Below, piece after piece: positions 48,248 to 56,670 of a DNA stretch of 64,000 bases; position 1 is the stretch's first letter, and every line of letters begins with the position of its first letter. The stretch covers positions 83,479 through 147,478 of the forward strand of contig CBDBHE010000007.1 of assembly GCA_965205605.1 (NCBI GenBank), given 5' to 3'. The translations under genes and the position numbers were made by a program. The stretch is from Spirochaetota bacterium (GTDB lineage Bacteria > Spirochaetota > UBA12135 > COTS27 > CBDBHE01). The notes beneath the pieces are model-generated. The model saw nothing but the letters and a program-made list of their open reading frames with translations, did not search any database and was not told the DNA's origin.

Positions 48248-49200
48248 AGAAGATAAAAACAAAAAAAAAAAAAACCAATTTTGCAAGCACTACTTCAGCT
48301 TACATAAAAGAAATACCTGGTTATTTTCTAAGTAAAAACGAACAGCTCCATTATGGAAAGCTTTTTCAAAAAGGCACCCTAAAAGAGCAAGATAAGGCGA
48401 TGAATAAACTCGTTAACTCATCGCTTTATCTTGTTATTAAATTAGCAAAAACGGTGGGGCATTCAGGATTAGAGCTAGATGACTTAATCCAAGAAGGCAA
48501 TATCGGCCTTATAGAAGCTGTTAAACGTTATGATTATACAAAAGGATTTGCTTTTACTACTTATGCAACCTGGTGGATACGACAATCTATTTTGAAATCA
48601 ATTAAAGAAAAAGCCACCAACGTAAGATTACCTAATCATATCTATGACCTTCAAAGAAAAATTGATGAAGAAGAAAAAAAGTTTTTAAAGAAAGGTGAGA
48701 AAATTGACTCAACAACCATCGCCCATAATTTAGGAAAAAAAGTAGAACAAATTAAAAAGCATAAAGTTCATATTAAGATGAGATATACTAAAAACCTAGA
48801 TGATTTTTTTAATGGGAACCAAAATACAGATAATTTAAAAATTAAGGTTTCAAATGAAACAGTCTTTGATGAAATTGCAAAGGGAGAAATTCAAAACTTT
48901 ATTAAAAAGCTTTTGAAAAAAAATATTTTAAACGAACGTGAAGTAGAAATTGTTTGCTTAAGATTTGGACTTATTAACCTCATTAACCCAAGTCACTATA
49001 AAGCGTACCAAAAAATCTTGTCTAAAACCAAAAAAAATCGTCAAAAAAATCGAAAAATAAAATTAAACCTTACTTTACAAGAAGTCAGCTTTTGTATTGG
49101 TATTAGCAAAGAACGCATTCGTCAAATCGAAGGAATCGCTATTAAAAAATTAAAAAGCTACCGAAAATTTAATGAAAAAGTTTTTTCTAACCTTCTTTAA
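48244..49200 (+). CDS. RNA polymerase sigma factor, sigma-70 family (group 3, FliA/WhiG-like), GTG start
   Basis: Region 2 LIQEGNIGLIEAVKRYDYTKGFAFTTYATWWIRQSI. Region 4 HTH LTLQEVSFCIGISKERIRQIEGIAIKKL. The 5' end of the gene carries a 14-A homopolymer. Confidence 0.75.
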   Translation: MKKIKTKKKKTNFASTTSAYIKEIPGYFLSKNEQLHYGKLFQKGTLKEQDKAMNKLVNSSLYLVIKLAKTVGHSGLELDDLIQEGNIGLIEAVKRYDYTKGFAFTTYATWWIRQSILKSIKEKATNVRLPNHIYDLQRKIDEEEKKFLKKGEKIDSTTIAHNLGKKVEQIKKHKVHIKMRYTKNLDDFFNGNQNTDNLKIKVSNETVFDEIAKGEIQNFIKKLLKKNILNEREVEIVCLRFGLINLINPSHYKAYQKILSKTKKNRQKNRKIKLNLTLQEVSFCIGISKERIRQIEGIAIKKLKSYRKFNEKVFSNLL

Positions 49201-49330
49201 AATTTTTTAAAAAAATTTAATAACCCATCAATAACTCCTTAATGACTATTTTAGGGCAACTTGGATTTTAACTATTTACTTTAAGCTTGTTGTTTATTTA
49301 TAATGGGGTATAATTATAATATTACGTTAA

Positions 49331-49500
49331 AGATTTATGATTTAATACTTTATATTTTCTAAAATTAAAGCAGAATCTATTGTTAGGTATAAATATTTAT
49401 TTTATTAGATCAAATAACCCTAAAGGAAATCCATATGATATTTAAATGTTTATTAGTCTTAATAGCGATGCAGTTAAATGACTTGTTTTCTTATGAAGCT
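49331..49500. repeat. duplicated 5' module, copy A: upstream block plus signal-peptide coding region of gene 49435-51408
   Basis: agatttatgatttaatactttatattttctaaaattaaagcagaatctattgttaggtataaata followed by ATGATATTTAAATGTTTATTAGTCTTAATAGCGATGCAGTTAAATGACTTGTTTTCTTATGAA. It is near-identical to 51456-51583. Confidence 0.75.
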
Positions 49501-51408
49501 GATACTAAATCCAACACCTCTCAAACAAAAAAACTATACAAAAAATCCTTACCCATTAAAACTAAAATCCTATCCATTAACAAACCTATCTCTTTTACTG
49601 AAGAAGTAACAGATAATTTCCATATTGTCTATAATAAAAATAAAAAACACGCACTCTATGATCACAATATAAAAATAGAAGAGGAGGCTCTTTTAACACC
49701 ATTTACAAAAAAAAAAAAAATGAAACCCTTATTTTTGTATTATAAAAAAGGATATCTAGCTAATAATGCGATTGTCTCTATCTATATTCATAAAATTAAA
49801 ACTAAATCAACTCTAGGAGGCAAAAATGGATTAATATTAGGGGACGCTTCTATCAGTGTGAAAACAAGCGAGACTCTATCTTCAGTAAGCATAAGACATA
49901 TTAAAAATAAAAAGGAAAATTACATTTTTTATTTTCCTGGGATACCTAAAGATACTAAAGATGGATTAGCACTCTCAGCCAAAATGTCCTCAAACGATAC
50001 ACTACAATGGTTCTTAACTTATAATTCATTTTCTTATAGAGGAGAATGTTTATTAAAGCAAACTTCTAAATACTACCCCATTGGTCTCTATCTAACACCC
50101 TCTAAACATCCACAGGAGATAAGTTCTTTTACTATTCGAAAGCTACTACAATCAAAGGAATTAAAAGCTAAATATGCCTTTAAAGAATTAACACATAAAT
50201 ATAACCCAAAATTCCATCCCCAGTATCAAAGCAGTCAATTAAAGTACGATCGTAACCACCCTGCTACAAAATACCTCGTGCTTAAATCCATACAAGGGCC
50301 TTTACACAAAGAAGAGATCGCAGGTTTAGAGAATTATTTATTAAACTATGGCAAACCCACTATTAACTGGCTAAATTATTATTTTAGAAGGACTTATATG
50401 CCCTATATGTTGGAATGGGTATGGGAAAAAAAGAATAACCAAAAATTAATCAACCAATCTATCCAAATGGCACAAAGTGTCATTGCCCATAGAAGTGATA
50501 AACTTGGGGACGAAGGTATTTATACTATAGGTCAGGTCCCTGTATGGCCCCATTACAGGGGTGTACAATTCTTAAAAGGAAAGATGACCTTGAGTTCTGG
50601 TTTCGCATCATTTGGTTCTGCTCTTTCATGGATAACTGTCCCTTCTAAACTAATTGCAAATAATAAAAACCTATGGGATCAAACAACAAGTATAAATAAC
50701 AAAAACTATAAACAAATAGCCTATGAGTTAATTGATGAAGCAATGGTGACTATTGATTTTACTTTAAAACACTATCTCGAAAAGAAAACAAAACTCTTAA
50801 AATCCCCTGCATGGGGAGCAGAACCTGAAGGTTGGGTTCCTCAGTGGAATCGTTCACTTCCTTTTATAACGGCCTTAATACCTCTCATTGATGCGATGAA
50901 AGCTTTTAAAATCCACCCTAAAAAAATAGTATTATTAGAAGAAATTGTAAAAAGATACATTTCGTATTTTTTATCCTATGTCAAGTACTACGATCACAAT
51001 GGAAAAACCGTACTCAACTATCCATATGGAGACTACCGTACTGTGAATAATCCAGAACAATCTGAAGACATCGGTCATGCCGGTTTTGATGGGCGTCAGC
51101 TTCAGATGATCTACAAAGCGAAAAGATATAGCTTAAAGGAAAAATTTCCAAAAGCCTATGCTAACACACTGGCAGATATCGTGTGTAAAGGAAATGGTGT
51201 CTTTAAAAAACGTTTAAAAGGAGACAGAACCTTTGCTTTTACCTATTTTGCAGGATTAGAAGGGCTTATCTGGCTTGCTCACTGGCGTCCTGAGCTCTAC
51301 GAGCACGTCATTGAATACACCTATAACAAAGTTCTCAAAAAGAGGCTCGATTCCAGGTTTGTCTGGGAAGTCCTTAAATTAAAAGAACAAAAACAGCAAA
51401 AAAAATAA
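49435..51408 (+). CDS. secreted hypothetical protein sharing its promoter and signal-peptide module with the PL8 lyase gene downstream; possibly a polysaccharide-lyase-associated alpha-helical protein
   Basis: Signal peptide MIFKCLLVLIAMQLNDLFSY. Length 657 aa. GC above background. No catalytic block confidently recognised. Contains a 14-A tract at 49707-49720. Confidence 0.5.
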   Translation: MIFKCLLVLIAMQLNDLFSYEADTKSNTSQTKKLYKKSLPIKTKILSINKPISFTEEVTDNFHIVYNKNKKHALYDHNIKIEEEALLTPFTKKKKMKPLFLYYKKGYLANNAIVSIYIHKIKTKSTLGGKNGLILGDASISVKTSETLSSVSIRHIKNKKENYIFYFPGIPKDTKDGLALSAKMSSNDTLQWFLTYNSFSYRGECLLKQTSKYYPIGLYLTPSKHPQEISSFTIRKLLQSKELKAKYAFKELTHKYNPKFHPQYQSSQLKYDRNHPATKYLVLKSIQGPLHKEEIAGLENYLLNYGKPTINWLNYYFRRTYMPYMLEWVWEKKNNQKLINQSIQMAQSVIAHRSDKLGDEGIYTIGQVPVWPHYRGVQFLKGKMTLSSGFASFGSALSWITVPSKLIANNKNLWDQTTSINNKNYKQIAYELIDEAMVTIDFTLKHYLEKKTKLLKSPAWGAEPEGWVPQWNRSLPFITALIPLIDAMKAFKIHPKKIVLLEEIVKRYISYFLSYVKYYDHNGKTVLNYPYGDYRTVNNPEQSEDIGHAGFDGRQLQMIYKAKRYSLKEKFPKAYANTLADIVCKGNGVFKKRLKGDRTFAFTYFAGLEGLIWLAHWRPELYEHVIEYTYNKVLKKRLDSRFVWEVLKLKEQKQQKK

Positions 51409-51455
51409 GACCCATTCAATCCTAAAAATTGGGATTCAGAAAGAATTAGTTTCGT

Positions 51456-51583
51456 AGATTTATGATTTAATATTTTATATTTTCTAAAATTAGAGTAACA
51501 TCTATTGTTAGATATAAATGATGTTTAAATACTTATTAGTCATATTAGTCATGCAGTTAACTGTCTTGTTTTCTTATGATAAA
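51456..51583. repeat. duplicated 5' module, copy B: upstream block plus signal-peptide coding region of gene 51518-53971
   Basis: agatttatgatttaatattttatattttctaaaattagagtaacatctattgttagatataaat followed by gATGATGTTTAAATACTTATTAGTCATATTAGTCATGCAGTTAACTGTCTTGTTTTCTTATGAT. Confidence 0.75.
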
Positions 51584-53971
51584 TTTCAACTTTTATTAGA
51601 CACTCCAGTTGATGCTGCAGTTTTTGATTTAGACAGAGCTGGTAGTCGGGATCTAATCAAAGAAAAACAAAAGAATCCAAATTATAAGGCCGTTTTTGAT
51701 AAAAAATCTCTACCTGATATGAAATGGGTTAAAAAAATGATGATTAAGTTGGATAAAGTTAAATCATTAAGACAAAGTCTACCCAAAGTTAAAGTTGATT
51801 TAAAAACAATAAAACATAGAAAATTACCTTATCCTGATAAAGCAGAAGCAGAAAAATATTTAGTTCATTGTAGTTTTCTTAATGATTTAATCTCTCTTTG
51901 TAGGGTAGTACGGTTAAAAGAAGAACTAAAAAATGATAAAGCCTTATCTAAAAAAGTGATTGATTTGATTTTTAAAAATTTGAATTTCTATATGGTAGAA
52001 TTTGCACCAGATAGGCCTTATTGGAGAGTGACGATGCGTTTTAGCAATTATAAAGCTACACGTTTAGCATCCCCCGTTCTTGCTCTTTTAGACAGGATAG
52101 TGCTTCTGCTCCATCCTTATACCACTAAAAAGACGTTAGAGGCTAATCAACGTAAATTTGTTTGTTTAAATGTATTGAATTACACAGACCACCTTATAAA
52201 TAATTCAGTTGGTGCTCAAAATAGAGGTGTGAACTGGATGGCAAGATTAAACCATATAAATACCCATTTTTTTACTAAACATCTCTATGGCTTTACTGGG
52301 GCATTAAAAGAGTTAAAGGAGCATTTAGCTGATGGATATGAATATGCTCCTTTTCAAAGAAGAATGGGGACTTTACCAGATGGTGGATTTTGGCATCATG
52401 GATCTCAAGCGTATTGTGTTCCCTATGGAACTGGAGACTTCAATCATGCTGTTTATTATCTTAAAAATTTTGAAAAGACACCGCTTGAACTAGATCGTAT
52501 TCATTATGCAGTCTATGAAACTCAATTGTTAGATAAATGGCAATATATTATTTACAATAAAGAATGGCTAGATCTATCAATAACAGGTGGAAAAAACGTA
52601 GCTCAAATTAAACGTTACAAAGCGAAAGTCTACCCTCGGACACTAAGTAAGATGGTCTCTAATATTATGAAACTTGATAAAAGCAAACTAACACGTTTAA
52701 AGGAATTGAAAGAGCTAAGTAAGAAAATAAAAAATAAAGAGTTTGAAAGTAAGCTTATAATTAATAAAAATTTTTGGCATTGGGAATATATGGTACATCG
52801 TCGACCTGGTTGGTATATTGGTTTCAAAGGGATGTCGTCAAGGACAATCACTGCTGAATGGGATCAAAACGCCCATCTTACTAGTGGTCATACTGCGATA
52901 ATGAGAAAAGGAGATGAATATTGGAGAATTCGACCGGCTCTTAATTGGACTGCGTTACCAGGTATAACTACAGAACAACTTCCTTCTAAATATTTACTAA
53001 ATCGCTTCGTAGCGACAACGGGTCAATCAGATTTTGCTAATGGAGTTAGTGATGGGAAGTATGGTTTATTTGCATTTGAGCACAAACCAAAAGATAAGGT
53101 TATAGGAACCGTTCATGCTAATAAAGCAGGCTTCTTCTTTGAAAAGGGGATGGTTGCATTGACTTCAGGCATAAACCGACATAATCGTGGGTGGGGAAAT
53201 GATGTTTGGACTACACTTGACCAACGTATACGTCGAGGGGTAGTTACAGCTTTTATCAATGGTAATATAATTGTTTTTGAAGATCAGGAGTTTAATAAAT
53301 CATTTGATGTACGTGGATTTGCATGGGTACACCATGATGGCATTACTTATTTTTTGCCTGAAAATCAAAATCGAAAGATCATAATAAAAAGTGATAGAAA
53401 GCAAGGGGAAGTCAAAGACGTATTACCTCATAACAAAAAAGGTCTTACTTATGACCAAACTGTTTTTTTGGTAACCGTTAATCATGAAAAGCAGGTAATA
53501 AATGATAAATGTTCATATATGGTCATTCCAAATATGAGCTTAGATGAAGTTAAAAAAATTACTAGTTTTCCATTTTATAAAATTATTAAAAATGATATAA
53601 AGCAACAAGCTGTTATTGATGAAAATCAAGGTATTTCACAGTTGGTTTTTTATAGTTGGGGAGAGATTAAAATCCCAAATGGTTTAATAGTATCCTCTGA
53701 ACATCCATTAATCTTAATGTTACGGAAGGACTTAAAAAAGATTTCTGCAGTGGTAGCGAATCCTTTACAGCTTAAGAAACATATGGATTTTTCTCTACAT
53801 AAAAACAAATCTGCAATTAGCTTTTTTATAAGTGGTAAATTATTATCAAAAAATAAGAAGGCTATTTGTACTTATGATAAAAAATTAAATAAAACAAAAG
53901 TGTCCGTTTTATTTAATAAAGCTGCTGGATATGAGGGGGATTCTGTCACGGCAGAGCTTTTAGTTAAATGA
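51518..53971 (+). CDS. secreted polysaccharide lyase, family 8 (hyaluronate/chondroitin AC/xanthan lyase-like)
   Basis: Signal peptide present. DGGFWHHGSQAYCVPYGTGDFN matches the FW.RDGSYIDHTNVAYTGAYGN catalytic His/Tyr block of hyaluronate lyases. ..RPGWYIGFKGMSSR.. matches ..RGWYTSDGM... ..NWTALPGITTEQLP.. matches ..VNPYKMPGTTETD... C-terminal ..SYMVIPNMSLDEV.. matches ..GYMLIPNVDRATF... GC above background. Confidence 0.7.
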   Translation: MMFKYLLVILVMQLTVLFSYDKFQLLLDTPVDAAVFDLDRAGSRDLIKEKQKNPNYKAVFDKKSLPDMKWVKKMMIKLDKVKSLRQSLPKVKVDLKTIKHRKLPYPDKAEAEKYLVHCSFLNDLISLCRVVRLKEELKNDKALSKKVIDLIFKNLNFYMVEFAPDRPYWRVTMRFSNYKATRLASPVLALLDRIVLLLHPYTTKKTLEANQRKFVCLNVLNYTDHLINNSVGAQNRGVNWMARLNHINTHFFTKHLYGFTGALKELKEHLADGYEYAPFQRRMGTLPDGGFWHHGSQAYCVPYGTGDFNHAVYYLKNFEKTPLELDRIHYAVYETQLLDKWQYIIYNKEWLDLSITGGKNVAQIKRYKAKVYPRTLSKMVSNIMKLDKSKLTRLKELKELSKKIKNKEFESKLIINKNFWHWEYMVHRRPGWYIGFKGMSSRTITAEWDQNAHLTSGHTAIMRKGDEYWRIRPALNWTALPGITTEQLPSKYLLNRFVATTGQSDFANGVSDGKYGLFAFEHKPKDKVIGTVHANKAGFFFEKGMVALTSGINRHNRGWGNDVWTTLDQRIRRGVVTAFINGNIIVFEDQEFNKSFDVRGFAWVHHDGITYFLPENQNRKIIIKSDRKQGEVKDVLPHNKKGLTYDQTVFLVTVNHEKQVINDKCSYMVIPNMSLDEVKKITSFPFYKIIKNDIKQQAVIDENQGISQLVFYSWGEIKIPNGLIVSSEHPLILMLRKDLKKISAVVANPLQLKKHMDFSLHKNKSAISFFISGKLLSKNKKAICTYDKKLNKTKVSVLFNKAAGYEGDSVTAELLVK

Positions 53972-54202
53972 AAAAACTAAAAAATGGTGCAGGCCTGTGG
54001 GATACGGGTAATTATTATTATTATTTATTGTAAAGGAAGGATAAAAAAAAAGTCTTCTTTTGAGGGCGTGCTGGAGATAAATTAGATTTTGATAAAAATC
54101 GATTCATCGTTCTTTAAAAATAAAAAAATTAGTTGTATAATTAACCCTATTAATAATGATATAAAGAATTATTTAAAAGAAAAGAAACAAGGAGATGAAA
54201 TT

Positions 54203-55381
54203 ATGAAAAACAAACAATTAATTTGTTGCACTTTGTTGAGTATTTTGATGTTTGGTAATCTGCTCGCAAAGAAGGCATTTTCAGACCAGAAACCAGAATA
54301 TTTTGGTGACCCCAATTTTATTTTTGACGAATCCAAGTATGATGAAAATTATCCTGACATGAAAGAGTGGGCGAAAGCAGGTGTTAAGGGAGGGATCCCT
54401 TACAGGGGGACGCTTCCGATTATTGCACGCATTACTACAAAAGATAATATTCAAAAAGCTATTGATCAAGCCAATCCTACTAAACCGTCAGTAATTCTAC
54501 TCGCAAATGGGATCTACACAATCACTAATTCTGTGAAAATGAAGTCTAAGATCATCTTACAGGGCACAGATAAAAACAAAACAATCATCAATGTGAACAT
54601 GCGCCAAAAGTGGAAAGGATGGGGCAGAAAAAAAATCGGTATTTACTTTCGTAAGGTCAATTATGCTGGATTGGAAAACCTGACTGTACGTTTTGACTCC
54701 GGTGGAATTGAACCTGTAGATAACAAAAATTATTCAGACAAATGGCGCAAGGGTATGATGAATAATGATGTAAAAAGAGATGACTTTTATGTGGCGCTTG
54801 TAAAATTCAGGGAAGCTACAAACTGTTGGGTGGATGATTGTATGTTGCTTAATTCTGGTACCGACCCAGTAATTACTTCAGGTAACGACATGCACCTTAC
54901 TTTCCGAAATAACTTTGTGGATCGTGCACACAATAAAGGCGCAGGAGGTAATGGCTATTTTACCATGCGTGGACAGTATACATTAATATGTGGCAATACT
55001 ATCAAGCGTCTACGTCATTTTGCTATTGAAGTAGGTGCTAAATATTGCGTGGTAGTAAACAATAAATTTGAAGTGGATGTAAACTTTCACCAAAGAGACA
55101 AGGGTCACAATTTGGTGGAAGGCAATAGTATACGCATCCCTGAATGGCACCGACACGCTGCCACCCATAGCGGCTGGGCGGTATTTGCAGCAGGTGGTTC
55201 TATTCACGGTGCTACAGGTCCAGGTAACCGTATGTTTAACAATACCAGCGATCTACGTAATTCTGGCCCTAGATTTGCAAATCCGGACACAGTCTATAAA
55301 ACCCAAGGAAAATCAATCAGAGTCCACAGCACTACACCACCAAAACATGGCACTCTTTATGCTGTAAAGCTTGACTTTTAA
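54203..55381 (+). CDS. secreted right-handed beta-helix (pectate-lyase fold) protein, putative polysaccharide lyase or glycosidase
   Basis: The ORF is open from 54089, but ATG 54203 has the SD aaggagatgaaatt upstream and is followed by the signal peptide MKNKQLICCTLLSILMFGNLLA. Repetitive ..N.G.D..I..GN..H-type segments appear. GC is roughly 40-45% by eye, the highest in the window. The protein ends in ..KLDF. Confidence 0.5.
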   Translation: MKNKQLICCTLLSILMFGNLLAKKAFSDQKPEYFGDPNFIFDESKYDENYPDMKEWAKAGVKGGIPYRGTLPIIARITTKDNIQKAIDQANPTKPSVILLANGIYTITNSVKMKSKIILQGTDKNKTIINVNMRQKWKGWGRKKIGIYFRKVNYAGLENLTVRFDSGGIEPVDNKNYSDKWRKGMMNNDVKRDDFYVALVKFREATNCWVDDCMLLNSGTDPVITSGNDMHLTFRNNFVDRAHNKGAGGNGYFTMRGQYTLICGNTIKRLRHFAIEVGAKYCVVVNNKFEVDVNFHQRDKGHNLVEGNSIRIPEWHRHAATHSGWAVFAAGGSIHGATGPGNRMFNNTSDLRNSGPRFANPDTVYKTQGKSIRVHSTTPPKHGTLYAVKLDF

Positions 55382-56361
55382 CTAATTAGCACGAAAAATC
55401 GTTTCCTAAATTAGTATGTAGAACTTAGGTACTAGATTTTCTTTTAGGATTTCAATAAGTAGTGTAAATGAATAGAAGATTTTTTACAAAATCGACCAAG
55501 ATAAAATTGTACTAAATACTGATTAATGTGTATACTTGCTAAAAAAGCACCCCATTTTCAATATTTATGATTTTTAAGAGAACAACTTTAGTTAAATTGA
55601 TAGAAGTAATTCGAAATTACCCAATTTTAATTTTATCTTTTTATCATTCAGCTCAAATTACAATCATATCGCTCTGGGGACTGCGATACCACTGGCACAT
55701 ACATTGAGAATGTTTAATTTTAAAGGTTTTATTTCATTTAAAAAGATGATGAATCAAAAATTATAAATGGCTCTTCTTTGCTATACTGATTGCGTTTATT
55801 TTTGCAACACCAAATGCTGTTTTGGAGTATAAGAAATTTTGGTCTGGTTTCTACTGGAACTACACAATAGCTCCAATCTGGGGTGGACAATTAGGTGATA
55901 TAACTTAATTACAAAAACTACCTATTACTTTAAACAGCAAGATGATTTTTCAAAAATGGGCTAAACTTAATCTTAAGCCTAGCACATTGATCTATAAGAG
56001 TCCTTTAATATACTTTGCCAATAAGTAATGTCACTAAAAGATTAACCATATAAATTAAATATGCCGTACTTTGGTGGAAGAGCAAGAAATCAGTTAAAAT
56101 AGGCTAAAGAAAATAATAATAAATACAGAGATGGAAAGAAAAAAGATACTAATTAATGGGAGTTATACTACTAAAGCTCTTTCAAGGAGTAAACCCTGAC
56201 ATCATTTCTTCAGCTCATTATAATCGTTTTTTAGGTGTTAAAAGAGGGTATCTTAAAGTAAAAGACAATTCAAAAATTGAAGCATCATATTAATATTGTG
56301 CATTTTCACATAGAGTTTAGGCCGTGTAAAGAAAGCGAATTGGAAAAGGAAAAAACATGGT

Positions 56362-56434
56362 TGGGTGAGGACAGAATCGAACTGCCGACATCTACCTTGT
56401 AAGGGTAGCGCTCTACCAATTGAGCTACTCACCC
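56362..56434 (-). tRNA. tRNA-Val (anticodon UAC)
   Basis: Reverse complement GGGTGAGTAGCTCAATTGGTAGAGCGCTACCCTTACAAGGTAGATGTCGGCAGTTCGATTCTGTCCTCACCCA folds as a cloverleaf. Anticodon loop CTTACAA. CCA not encoded. Confidence 0.85.
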
Positions 56435-56670
56435 AAGATTTTGTTAAATAGTGCTATCATATAATGAAAAGACTCAATGAGTCAAACTTTTTTCAAAAAA
56501 TAATTTCTTATCATTTTTTTATCTTTTAAAACAAAAAACATACTTCAATTTTTAAAAAAATCTTATAAGATAAGAAAAGCAAAGCAAAATGTTCCAAATA
56601 AAAAAAAATTCTTTAAAACCAAAGTTGTATCAAATAACAAAAAAAAGTTATAATTTTTTTTAAAAATTCA

